A DNA stretch of 59,969 nucleotides from Trichoplax sp. H2. Lineage: Eukaryota. The notes beneath the pieces were generated by a model. That model made no database searches and was not told the origin of the DNA. It saw nothing but the letters and a program-made list of their open reading frames with translations. Made by a program: the position numbers and the translations under genes. Below, in pieces: positions 15,701 through 29,560 of this stretch. The stretch is from assembly GCA_003344405.1 (NCBI GenBank), contig NOWV01000296.1:1-59969 (forward strand). The letters are read 5' to 3'. How positions within the stretch are numbered: the first letter of the stretch is position 1; each line of letters opens with the position of its first letter.

Positions 15701-16936
15701 ATTTCCACAATACTTGTATAAATGCAGGAAATTAGACCAACTGCGTCTTATTGATTAGCTGTGATTCATTAATAAGTTGAAACAACTTTGACATATTAGG
15801 TAGCCTATATGAAAGTAACTGTTTAGTTTATCAATACTGTTCTTGTAACAAAGAGTTAGACTTCTAAAAATTATCGGATGCTATTGATACTATAAATTAT
15901 ATTTACCACTTCAAGGCTACTAAGAAAATTAGCTGGGTGGTCGATAGTTTAGACTGTTGGAAATAATGCAACTAATTAAGACAAAATTGCTTTATTTCAG
16001 CTTTTAATCAATCTTCAATTTTATAAAATAAAATTCCCTAGATCTTTACGGTAAAGTACTGGTTCTTGTCTTAGACTTAAACACAGTTACACGAGTCATG
16101 ATGCATCTACTATGAACCCTGTTAGACCTAAAGAGATATCAATAAATTTCGTACATGATACTAATTCTTCCATTTCTTTGCCTATAAATGCTTATTGCGT
16201 TTTGTATTCATTTACGTACAATAAAGAAAACTTACTTTAACCGGATAGTAATTACTACTTAAAATATTTGCTATCTATATAAGGAGTAAAACTACTTCTA
16301 CTACGCTCATACAAGACAATTATTATTTCAAAGGAGCAAATATTCTCTCCTACAGTAGAGTAAAACAATAGATATTTATATTGCCATAATGGCTCCTCAT
16401 GCAATTACCGAAAATTGAAAGCATTTATAAAGGCTTTAAATGTTCTTTAACATGAATGTAAAACTATTTCCAATCTTACATGAAAGTTTAAAAAGCAATA
16501 GACTTTTTCATGCTCCTGGAAAGAAAGTAGTTCATTTCGAAACAGCTTACAAAGTAATATTACCCAGAAAAATACCGTACAAGTAACGAAAACAAGAATT
16601 ACATTTCTTTTGAATTATTAATCCTTCCTTTCCATCATTAAAAGAATAGAAGATTAAGGTAAATTTGCACTTAAAAGTAATTACTTCAAAGATATATCTA
16701 TCAGCTACCGTACATAATTCGATATTCTAATTCCGCATATATTTTGATTACGTTAAAGTTATTACATTATAATTCTACCAGTCGGTGTACGCTGTAATTA
16801 TTTCTTAATAATTAGTAGCTATAAAATGTTCCTATTTCAAGTTCTACTTATATTAAACTATTATCAGGTAATGAGTTTTCGCCCTTTAACCGAACATGGC
16901 TCATATTTACCCAGCGTTTAGTGTCAAATTTAGGAT

Positions 16937-18624
16937 TTACAATTTTCGTAATTCAACGGCTATATCATTTCTGTAAATGGTTCTTAGGGCACTTTCTAAT
17001 ACAGATATAGTGGCTTTAGTTGGATTTTTCTGACTCCAAATATCCAGGAATGCTTTTGCTTGATTAAATACAGAATGACCATGCTGATATATAATGGTAT
17101 CTGAATTAATATCAGAATCAAGAAATGCTGCCAGTTTTGTCCAATCCAAGCCAATTTTATCACATACTATAAAGTACGCTTTCTTCATCTTCTCTTTTGC
17201 TAATCGTCAGAAGAAGTGAAAGTCATTATAAACTAATTAAAAGTTGTCATCACTTTCTGTAATACTGCCGCTGTGACTTTGTAGCACATAAACTCATGGC
17301 TATTTTAACGTTAAAAAAAGATTCTAATGCTTTAACTGACCCAAAGTAAAAACTAATAGTCCATATAATTTACAAATTAGGCAGCTAATGAAGTGCAATA
17401 GAATGAAGGATAGCTTAAGACACTAATATAGCATTATTTTTTAAATCCATATTAGCGAATAGTAGCATAATAAGTATCTTGCTGGCATACTAAACTTAAT
17501 CTATTTAATTATACAGTCATTAAATCCGATAACTGGCTATGCATAAAGTTAATCTTTACTTTGGGCTAACGTTAGGCGTAACTAACATTACTTAGTATCA
17601 TTGCATTCGGCTGAAAGAGCACCATGATTTACGAGCGTGCTTAGTAATAGCCTAAAAATAGTTTTAAATGTTACAAAGCTATGTAACCCAAGACTTTTAA
17701 CAAAGCAAATCTCACTATGGTACGTGCAAACCCTTAATGTATGTTAATATAAAGTCGGTAATATTTAAGTGTAGAAAATTATGAATGAAACAGCAAGACT
17801 GTAGTAAGTAATAGCTATTAGTAATGAATGAAATTTGTTATCCTTTCTGTGGAATCTAATCTACCAACCTGCATCCTCATTTTCACCTCGATCAACTATG
17901 ATTTCAAGCAAAGAGCAAGCAAAAATTAGTTATTAATTTAGTGCTAAATGACTATCGTATATATTTATATAAGTATTGTAATCCATTAAAACATATCTAA
18001 ACTACCCGAGGGAATTAAGACTAAAAGGCAAATTTGATCAATTAATGTTTAGTCTTAAGCTTTACTCACCGACATCTTCGCTGTTACTACCTAAATGAGA
18101 ACCTTCAAAATAGTCCAAAAAAAATAGATGGTATCATTCAAGAAAGACATTAGCATAAGCTGTTACATTGAAATGACTTGATCATCTATCAATATGATCA
18201 TAAAATCATAGTAATATTAGCTGATAATCTCAATTTATTTCTATGTTTTGCAGTCTAGCAATAATAGCACCATGATTTTATTATTTCGTCCCTGTTATGA
18301 TATTGCTTACTCGGCTGAATTTATACCTGAAATTTCTCTGACTTCTGCTTTTAATTTTTTGCCTAAACTTTGAACGGCCGACGCTTGATATTCGATCAAT
18401 GATAGATAAAACTCTTTGAAATCTTTATCGTCTCTAGTCCTAAGTATTTTTACAAATTGAAAATTTTTTTCTTTCTTTGTTTTAAAGCCACTTAAAAAAT
18501 CCACTTCATGTTCGCTTAACACTTTAACAGAATGTAAATCATATACTATATCGCTTATAGGTGTCTCTGCAATAATTTGCTTCAGGTTATTCTCAAGTAT
18601 GTTTTGATATTCCTTAGACAACAT
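16937..18624 (-). CDS. Gene 3: CARD-linker-Death domain adaptor, ~202 aa
   Basis: Exons 18624-18327 (CARD), 18090-18070 (21 nt), 17895-17869 (27 nt) and 17199-16937 (DD, YFIVCDKIGLDWTKLAAFL...QAKAFLDIWSQKNPTKATISVLESALRTIYRNDIAVEL). All introns are phase 1 and in frame. Confidence 0.85.
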
Positions 18625-21600
18625 GACCAGTGTTTACTTGATTTTTAGCCCACGCTAGTAGTCTAAAAAATGTTACCTTAAATCCGCAAAGATAATAAAA
18701 CCATAAAATTATATATTTATGAGTGATTTGAATTAGTAGCAACTTTAGCAATTTCATTTAAATTTTAACTGGTGGTTTTAATCGCTGGCAAAATACATTC
18801 AATAGTCTCATAGGCCATATGCTTTTCTACTCGTAATAAATGATCAGAGCAAATTCTTGAGGCTACGATCCTAGATCAATGTTTGGAATTTAGCATGTAC
18901 TGTACTATTGCTCAAATTTTGGGATACTGGACAATGAACAGTAATTCAGATTTTGCCATATCCTGTTAGGGTTAGATTGATTATTAAGGAAATACCATGC
19001 AGTATATGCTTGATTATATTTTTTCATGATTCCCCAAGTAGTCAAATGCTCCTTTTTAGACTAACTTTTTACACTTTTATATAGAGTGCTTGATTCATAT
19101 AATGCCAGTTCATTTTAGACCTATATTAATATAATTCTGGTTGCTCGTATTAGATGTGCTCAATGAATAAAAGAAGCCCAGAACATAAACAGTTCGATGC
19201 TGTCGTACATTTGCTAGCAACTATACTTTCTACGTTACGATCAAACTTAATATCTTCAATCATAACTTAATTATTTACTAGCTAGAATTGATTTAGGGAT
19301 CTATAATTAATGCCAAAATGTCGGCATTTCTATTTAAATTTGAAAACAATCGTAAAAATAGAATGTCAGTAAGAGCTTAATCATTTGCACCATACCTCAT
19401 TGTGGTGGTGAAGAAAGTAATAATGCAGATAAGTGAAAACTGAATTTATACAACGTAAAATTCATAGATGCCTGATGTAATTAGATTAACACAGAAGTTA
19501 GATTAGATAACGTACCGATATCACCAATATTACGCTTTCGATTCAATTAAGTTATAAAAGTATTCTATTATATCATTTTATAAGGGTAGCTTCTAATTGA
19601 GAAAGCAGCAGTTAAGCCATGTTTACCTTCAGAATAATTTGTGCAATTTAGTAGTGTGTATCTGATGTAGCATTACTTCTCCATTTACGCATGCTGGTGT
19701 TTAATGCTTAACAAAGTTTGATGATTTGTTTCACCATATAAAAATACTGGCAGATACTAAAATTCTAATTTTAGGGATTATAAATCGATTTACTCTACAT
19801 TAAACTTAAAACTAAATGGTAGCTAATTATGTCGGATAAAAAATAAATGTATATATAGCAATAATTAGTCGTTCATTAAATTATTGTTATGAAATATTAC
19901 TTAAAATTTTTCGCTTATATCAATAAGTAGGTTTCAATTAGGAGCACTCTGATTATTCATTATCACCTCCGTACAACATATCATTGATTATCTATACGAG
20001 CACTAGCACCATTTAATCATCAATAATTCTAGTATCTCATGATTGTCAACAATCTTATGTTGAACTGCATGTTATAAAGTTACCCAGACACGCTATTACA
20101 AAAGAATCAGTTTCATCTTCCATAGGATAAAATCTCAGGTTTCAGATATTTAATCCCTCTGCTAAAATCAAGTCAAAGTTCATACAGTACAAGTAATCAA
20201 TTTCAGCCTTATAGGGTGCCAATCTTACTTCGATAGTCTATTTATTAACGTAAATTTACCAGTCGCGATGACGTTTTTAAGCCTGCATTATGTCGATCTC
20301 AACTGGCTTAATATCCAAGAGTAATTGATTTCAGTTTGAAGATAAAAGTTCATTGTATCTCTTAATACGGTAATGTTGAGCTTCAAAGTGCTATAATCGA
20401 CATTTAACTTCCTACTTACACGTTTGCAATCTTCGATTTCCGGCTTTACTGTGTAAGACGTAGATGCAATTTTATCTAATCGACGGTGCTTCAAACAGGA
20501 TTAGGGGAGGCTTTAACTGTTTGTCGGCTGGATTTTATATCCTTCCAGGTCGGTCAGCAATCACTGTCTAATTAAGTACCATCAGAGGACTGGCCGGGAT
20601 AATCTACTTGACATGCCTAGTCCAGCTTTCAGTCACGCTATCCCACCTCTAAACCATGATCAACATAGTAGACGGCAGCCGCCGCTAAGTCATGATCACA
20701 AATGATGAATAAGATGAGTAGGGATCAGTCTATCCTATTGTGACGTCATAAAGGCCTACTGTGAAGACAGTAAATAAGCAAGATAACAACGATAGATAAA
20801 ATTAACATACTAGATAATGTTGGATGATGATAACTACGGTTTGCTATCGACAATTTTATATTGTTTGGAGGGATTAGATGATCTAAACTTGGATTGAAAG
20901 TAGTCATGCTTGCATCATTCGATCTCTCACTGTAAAGTTGATTAGATTACGTGTTCAGTTTACTGGCAAAAATGGCTACTAGTGGAGATAAAAATGAGTA
21001 GCTCAACTTAAACTTAAATTTAAACGGTCACGAGATGATCGTGTAATAGACTCTTGTTATTACTGTTCATTCACCTTCGAAACCAAAATTTGAGTTAATA
21101 AAATGTAGTAAATCTTGCATGTGACACACGAAGCTAGTCTCATACTAGAAATAATAAAAGTGTGCTGTTTAATTCTATTTGAATCATACTATTGCAATTA
21201 GCTGAAACTATGACACGTTGATACGCATCGATAAGCTGAAATTATTAGATAATGTTCGATGATGATAGCTATGACCCCTGCCTGTATATTAGATTGACTT
21301 AAAAAATGTTTTGACGATCTAAACTTGTTTTAAAATATCTGTAAGACAAACAATTTTAACCGAAAAGCAACGTGAAGGAAATTTTCATCTGTACATGATA
21401 TTAACCTACATGTAACATAGTATAGCAATCTCTGATGAATGTTTGTAGCCATGTCGGGTTCGTCCTACTAAATTAGCTGCATCTTTACTGATGTAAGCAG
21501 AAGTAGGGACTTCTGGCTGCTCTGGATACAAGCTTGCATCTTTTGGTAAATTACTAACGTATTCATTAAATAAATAATTTACGTTCTATTTTAATCGAAA

Positions 21601-22972
21601 CTAATCTCAAAAGTAATAGTACTTTACATAGTTGTAAATATGCAGGTCAGGAGATGGCAAATGTTTAAAGTAATGCTTCATACTTAACTTTTCTAGCTAT
21701 ATCTCATGCCACTGAAATTATTATCTTTATTGTTACCTCATTTACTCAAAAATCCGTTATTTTACAAAATCACTAGGCGTTTTGTAAAACCACTACGTAA
21801 GTCTACAAAATCGATTTTAGAATAGTTAGAAACTGCTTCCAGTTATACTCAACTAAGCAGCATTGTAGAATTAAAATATTGTATTCCAATTACACCTATC
21901 CACTCATCACCTTGGAGTAAACGGAAAATGATCAAACCTGTAAATACCGTATCTAACACTATGCTAATATGTTACAAAAATATGATAAAGTAAAATGATC
22001 TTAATCGTTTCCTCTATAAATGGTTGGATGAAACTTTCATTATTTCACATTTAAAAAAGATATCAAAATATTACGAAATGCTTTAAATCCATTTATTTAA
22101 AAGAGAGACAAGATAACAAAATTGATTGATAAAATTATTGAGAGAATATTACCAAATCTAAGCAATTTTCGAAAAAAATTCGAACATTCTTTAGGGAGTT
22201 ATGTAGGGGTATAAATAAAATAATTACCATTTCAAATCATTGATATAGTATATTACATACTGGACTTTTGCAAAATGCATTCATTTATATAAATTATGTA
22301 ATTTAAATATCGGCATTACTGCCGGAAGGGATGAGAACACGAGCGTTAAGCTCTAAAGGAAATAAAGCCGTCGAAATAAGAATAATAAGGAAGCTGACAA
22401 AGAAGACAGATTAAATAGGGTGGTTTAGTTTGCTGATTAATACGATCATTCTTAATAAATGAGTGAAACTTCAAATACAATTAATCAATGAAAAGGAATT
22501 AATAAATGGTCAGCATAGTCTATTTTTTTTAGAAAAAATCGACTAATAACTTTCGAAAGGAAGTAATTACTGCTATACTTGGAGGTACCAGTTCAGGTTG
22601 GCATTCAAGATTCTATAATGTTACATTATAAGAAAAAATTACATCAGTAGCTTAAACAAAATTTTGAAACTGAGTAACGTATGAAGAGCTAACAATCTTA
22701 GTTATTTATCAATCATCTTTAGGCGTTAAAAAACCATGGCCAATGATATATCGGTTGCTATTCGTTATATCTCTTAAAATTTAAACTTATAATTTATCGA
22801 TTGCTGAAATTAGCAATTTGTTTAGTTAGCCAGTTATAGCATGTACAGTATCACGAGTGAGAAAATGCACCGGTGAATTTTCTATATGAAAGGAGTACGT
22901 CAAAAATCAACATGAAATCTTTACATGATAAACTTACTATGTATCCCATTTAAACCTTGAGTACTCGCCATT

Positions 22973-24515
22973 CTATTGTTTGTCGACTTTGAGGAAAAGA
23001 AGAATGATAGTTATAAATTAATTTTAGTGAATTATATAGTTGCATATGACAATTCATTCTGGATAACTTCAATACTTACCAACATCTGCTCCTAACTCTC
23101 CTATCACCATCGAATCATCGGAGATTACGATGGAAATAAATTAAATGAAATTAATATTTAATATTTAATAAATCATTTAAAAGTCCATTTAAGATATTTA
23201 GCTATCATTAGTAGTCTAGATATGATCCAGTATTGTTACAGACAATTACCTCCTTTATTTCCTTCTGCAAGGGAAAGATTGTAAAGGAATTAGCAGATAT
23301 TATTAATAAATTAAGTTACTTTAAGACCTTATATCTCGTAAATTTGTTGCAATCAAATACAAAATTTACACTGTTAGAGAAAAATTTGCCATATAAACCT
23401 CAATGCTATCTTATGTAAATACTGAAGTTTGATGATGTTATCCTAACCTATAATCAGACATTTATTGCTTGAGTAGATACTGTAAACTTTTTATACAAAA
23501 TAAGTATAAAGTGATTTAGCAGCAAGAATTACGTAGCAGCTTGCATCTAAAAAAATTTTAAATTTAAAATAATACTGATAGTATTATCCTACCTATATTT
23601 AGATATTTACCTAAAATGATCAGTTTAACAGCAAGAACAACTAAAGCCATGATATAACTACTGTAATTGCTCTAAAAATTTCTCAATGCAATCACCAGTT
23701 ATTTTTATGTATAGTACTTCAAATGTAAGAATAAAAGCTCTACCTTGGAATAAATCTACATCAACTGAACGAGGGAGTTTTAATTTGCTACTGAAGGTGG
23801 GCTGTATAGAAAACTATTTGATTGGGATTTATTTATACTTTAATTGTACAAATTATAAGAAATGGATAGCAGAAGTTATATTTGGGTCTACGAAGCTGTA
23901 GCATGATACATTATAACGATATTGCAGCCAACTGAAAGTGGTCAATTTTGTTTGATATTCCAGATATAAGTGTCTATTTTTGAGTTACTGTATTCCATTA
24001 AACCTGCTATTGTCATAGTCTATCGCGCTCATACCGGGAAAACCTATATTATTTCCGTAGATGTCTACATCAGGTAATGTTTTTGGATTTTCTATATGGT
24101 AGACGTCAAAATATATAAGATAGAAAAAGTTTCATCATTATTGCTTGAAGCTGAATCATCAAAATCTGTGTCTAACGCTTCTAAACATCATTTTCTTATA
24201 ACTACCAATATTTGCCTTACCTTCAGTGTCCAATTGCAGTTTTGCTCCGAAAGCTTTGACAACGTTGACATGGTGCTGTTTTAGCAAGCTACAGAAAGTA
24301 TAGAAATCCTCATTTGAACGTTGTTCTTGTAAGATTTCCAATAGCCTTCCGTTCATATCTTCAACATGAGTTAATTTTTCTATATCGATAATATCTCTAC
24401 TACTTAGAATTTTTTTAACTTTCAATTTTGTAAATAACTCTTTGATTGGAACAATTTTGATAAATTCTTCTGCGTATTTATCAAGATTAGCTTTAATAAT
24501 GTCACTTAATTCCAT
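22973..24515 (-). CDS. Gene 4: CARD plus truncated linker, no Death domain (CARD-only protein of ~114-121 aa, or young pseudogene)
   Basis: CARD exon 24515-24221 (MELSDIIKANLDKY...KIVPIKELFTKL...EDMNGRLLEIL) ends at a G|GTAAGG donor. Microexons follow at 23764-23744 (uncertain), 23264-23250 and 23100-23080. An acceptor after a pyrimidine tract at 22986 gives ...GADVVDKQ*. No DD exon was seen between 18.7 and 22.9 kb. Confidence 0.65.
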
Positions 24516-26381
24516 ATTTTACTTGCAATTGTAACTTCAAGACCGAAGATTTAATCTGTAAGAAAATATGTTTATAGCTATTACTTTTCTGAAATTAGTT
24601 TGCGGATATTTTCGAAATTAAATTAGATTGACGTAATTAGGCTGCTTTAAATATAAAAATATAAGTAAAGCAATATTCTCAACAAGTATTGAAACTGTTA
24701 ATAGAAAATTCTATCAAAAATAGGTACGCGCACACTTTATTTTATGCAATAGACTTGAAATCTAAACGAGTAATGCGAATATTTAGTTATGAAATGAGTT
24801 ACAAGACAACTTTTCTACAATTATATCTAGTTTCTCCCCATCAAAATATTCATCATATCTATAACTATATAACAAAGCTAAAGTTCATTCTGCCGAGTTT
24901 TAAGTAAAGAGATCGTTCTCACACTATCATAAACAGTCACTATAATAGTTAAAACTACATACAAGATATAATATAGCAATCTGATGTTAAGATAGAGATA
25001 AGATGAATTAGTAGAAGTATAAAAGAAATGTAGCGGAAGTAAGGTAGTTGTGAAACTTATATTCCTTTACTCTGAGTCTCTGATATTAATTTACTAGGTT
25101 ATTCTGTTATAGTAATTTCATGAAAAGATTTTAAATAGTCTAATTATGTCATCTGCTATCCATTATGAACGTAAAGTATTACAGTAGCAAGCCAGGTGAA
25201 AATCTTACTTAGGAAACAACCGGATTAAATTCCTTCTTGCTGCCGAATGTCTTGTACAGTTGAAAAATAGAAACCTGCGGCTCTTCTAAAAAACCACGGC
25301 CTTTTAGTGATGTAAGCGTCTGCGTAGACTTCATTAACAATAGATTGCGGTTTCTTTATTCTAAATAAGAGAAAATAACAATAATAAAGTATATAATAAA
25401 AGGTCGATGATAAGAATTGCAAGTAGAAGTTAGTAAAGGGGATCAATACAGTACTTATAAATTATTCATGAAGGACTGGCTGATGAATTTACTTTAACCA
25501 CCATTTGTCAATCATGTACAAATTTTATTGAGTTACTTGAAGATTTAATTGTAAGATAGTTAAATGTTGTAAAACTAAATTTTCAGGATCCAAAACCCTA
25601 CTATAAATCAGAGTATCTGTAACACTAAAAATCGGATTATGGTTTATTACGAAAGAAACCACAACGTAACTATATAGACAACTTGCACTTGGATCTGCAA
25701 TAAATCAGACCATCTGAAATTATAAAAATCGCAATAGTCTGATTTTTTGCGGATAATGAATTTTAGTTATACTAACATGCTTACACTCAAAGTTATTTTT
25801 TTTTAATTTTATAGTGATGTACCCATATTTGATTATAAGGATAGCTATATTTGATAGAGTTAGGTTACTCTGAATAGATGTTATCGTGAAGCTATCGTAA
25901 GATGATTGCTAGCTACTATATTAGAAATTGTTGATGACCAATATCTGTCAGTTGACTAATTATGGTACAAGATTTAAGTGGCTAGAAAGTAGAAACACTT
26001 TAGTTGTTAAGATGCCCTTCGAAGAAATGGGCTAGTCTTTAATAGAAGAGTAGTGACATCTTAAGTAGAATGATTTAGATTGTAGAAGATAATGATGTAC
26101 TATTTGAGAAAAGTATTTTGTTTGATGACTCATGTCTGATTGTAGACTAATCAAGTTGTCATAATTGGATTTAACGAAATGTATATGTTATATATAAGAA
26201 GTGTAGAGATGAGCTCACGATGAGAAGAAACTTCACTTCGCTATAAGCTCGGAATATTGCAGACTTTAGACTTAGATTCTTGTAGTTATTGTTGCTCTAC
26301 TAGTCCTAAAATCTTGTAATAAGTGCCTTTTAGAAATACGATTTGACTAAGAAAGTTTTTGGAAGGCACTTTTATTACAAA

Positions 26382-26715
26382 GTTGTAGATACAGTTACAG
26401 TATTTTTAGAATTAAAGTTTAATTTTGTTTTACAATTTCAGATAGTCCAATTTGCTGAGGATTCTAAGTATAAAATTTAGATACAGCTGCAACGTGCTTT
26501 TATAATTTAAGATACAATTTATTTTAGATCTATGCATAAGATGCTGATATAGTTGTATCTGGATTAGAAAAACAGATTTAGCTTTACTACAATAAAAACC
26601 AAACTATAACCGTATTCACAACTTACGTATACTTAGAATCCCCAATAAATTAGACTATTTAAATTTATAGTGTATGTAAGCTTTATTATAATGGAAACTA
26701 CGCTATATCTACAAC
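26382..26715. repeat. Degenerate palindromic (MITE-like) element
   Basis: gatagtccaatttgctgaggattctaagtata (~26441-26472) is the imperfect reverse complement of tatacttagaatccccaataaattagactatt (~26628-26659). The outer gttgtagatacag / ctatatctacaac and inner agatacagct / agttgtatct segments also pair. Confidence 0.6.
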
Positions 26716-29560
26716 AATTGACCAGCAAGAAAACAACCGATCTACTCGATTTGTGTACTTATAAACTCTGGCGCATTGCCTATTAAGTAGCTATAGTAAC
26801 AAAATGATTATACACTTAATATACCTATAAACGCTTCTATTCTCTAAGCACGAGTATTGATTTATCATATCTTATCGAAACACGGGAAACTAATCATGCT
26901 AAATTATGATAGTCATTAACAAGAATTTAACATAAATGCTAAACTCACGGTACTACAAATAAATTTCTAGTTTCAAGCTAACATCGTCGTTTTCAACTTT
27001 CCAATGAAATATAACCAACTTACTGGCATAGAACAGAGTTTATTAATGGCCTGAAACATCATCGATATCCAGCACTCTAAAGAACCTATAGTAGGTACAG
27101 TAATTTTCTAAATGAGGTTATTGATGATTTGTATTTTAATCCAAGCATGTGTAAATTTCTGGTTTTAAGTTGAAATTATCGATTTCAATATCATACAAGT
27201 ACCATCTGTTCTACTCCGGTGGCTTATAAAATAAATAAATCGATTGATGGCTTGAATTTTCTTCGTCATTCAATCACTTTGAATAACTAGTAGTGTTGGT
27301 AATAGTTAAATATACAGATGAGCTCATTAAAGATTTGAATTTAGCTCAGATAAATGCCAACTTCATCTTTCACTAAACCATTATAATAATTATCAACCTC
27401 AATTTAAAAAACTGAGCTACTCCTTGCGGTTACTTTTTTATGGCTGTCTATTTTTAAGCAACTCATTCAGTATCTAATTTTTGAATAAAAATATCCATAT
27501 TCTTTTGCTTGAAAAAAGTTGTGGCTAAGCTTTATAGTTACATTTTTAAAGATATATTGATCCATTTCTATTTAAAAAGAAGTCTAATGTTGTACTTTTG
27601 TGCTAGTATTTTACCTACTAAATCTTATTTCCTCTGGATAGTAAGTGCTACTTGTAATACTTAAGAATTTTAAGAACTATTCTAATGCCTGCATTTTGGT
27701 GCAAACAAACGTTAGTTCACTTTGGTTACGTGTTTCAGGAACGCTTTTAATGCTTGGGATTAGAAATATTAATTTGAGATGAACGTTAAATCTATGATTC
27801 TGTGGGTAAACATTGAATTTTAGCTTTTCGATAATTCAGGATCTACGCAACTTATTATGCTGTGTATTTGAAGAAATTTATTACTGAGTTTAATTCAAAT
27901 GAAAGCGAAATGTTAGATTAGATATGCTCTTGTCAACATTTGATCCGTCTAAGGATAAAGCTGATTATGGAGCTTAAATTTTTATGTTTGAATTCTTAGT
28001 ACTTCAGTTTTATCTGCAAGAAAGCTCCATTTCAATTCTTGTGCAATGTATCTTGATATAACTTTTTAATTTAATCACGAAAATTTCTAGCTAAAGCGAG
28101 ATATATCAAGCCCTAATACCTTAATCCTTGCTATTATATTTACGAGACTGCATCTACGATGTTGAAATAAACCAGTAGGTAGCTTGCCAGTTTACATGTA
28201 GGGACTCAATGGAAAAAAGTTCTAAAATATTTTCGTATACCTTAGCAAGCAGTTAAAATTAAACATTACCGGTCGAAAATGTTGGTATGTAAATTTTATG
28301 TATGCTTGAATGATTATCCCAACTAGTAACAGTAATAAGAAAATATTATTCCATGGACTAATATTGACTATTTTCTATTTGTATCTTTATTAATATTGTA
28401 TTAAGTGAAAAAAACTCCAAATTTTAAAGTCAAATTGTAGCAATCCTTCTGAAATTATTTATTAAGATGCCTGTAAATATACAAATTGCAAAATATAATG
28501 GAGTAAAAGAATCAAGATGTATCATAATTCACATATTTAAATAATTATGTATGAAGATGTTAACCTACTGTTGGATAGACAACGGATAAGGCTGAAAACT
28601 AAACCTGATAGCACCAACGATTTAGATAGACTACGGCAACATGAATAGATTTCTGCAATACTGTTCCAGTGTTAAATACTGTATTACAGTAGAAATAACT
28701 ATGTTAGGATAATTCTGTTAGACTATCCTTATTTAGTTAACTTCTAATTTGGATATACTGTGTTTTAATATAGCACTGACTTTTTATGACAGTGACACTT
28801 ATACACATACTGAAATTAATAGTTATAATAGGGAATGCAAATCATCTGCTTACAGTTCGAATCATTGTAATTGTAATTTACTTATGGTAGACTGTAAGTT
28901 ATCATGGAAATGTTCCGTGATAGGACATATCGTAATCTGACTATTCTGTATTAGTTATTACATGTCTATGTTGGTAAATACTGTTGTCTGCATTAAGGGA
29001 GCAGTAGCTAAAATTAATATCTAATTCAGTAAATGATTCTAATGTTAATTGTATTAACTATGACTCATGAACTATTGAGGAATAGTATATAAATGCAGTA
29101 TATCGTGAAATAAAGATGATTGTCCAACTTAGTGTTTAACGTAAAATACGAGGCGTTTAAGTCTTTGTGTAGTCTGCTAGTAGAGCAAAAGTGTTTGTGA
29201 TAGTGCAGATATCGTTCCTTGATACGTGGTTCAAGGAATTGACTTATTGATCGTAGATTAGGTTATCTTGTTGCAAAGCTGTTTTGTGACAAATACCTAA
29301 CAAGATAGTTGATGAATCTGACTCTTGCGATTCACTAAAAAGTAAAGAACAATATAGGTTTGCATTAACGGTAATCGTTTCATTAGAGTTACTTATTATG
29401 ATTACCAAAAAAATTGGTACAAGATCATAACTTAAATGATTTAGTAAATCTAAGTTAGATTTCACTTCTGAAATGGTAGTTTCCTTTCTCAGTTATTACA
29501 ATTTAAAAAATCCATAAATCTTACATCAACAAATTGACGAGGCTTCATATTTTAAGGTAT

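Noticed and set aside
21489..21539. Possible extra phase-1 linker exon of gene 4 (DASLYPEQPEVPTSAYI)
   Set aside because: The acceptor is weak and it lies downstream of the predicted stop, so it cannot be supported without transcripts.
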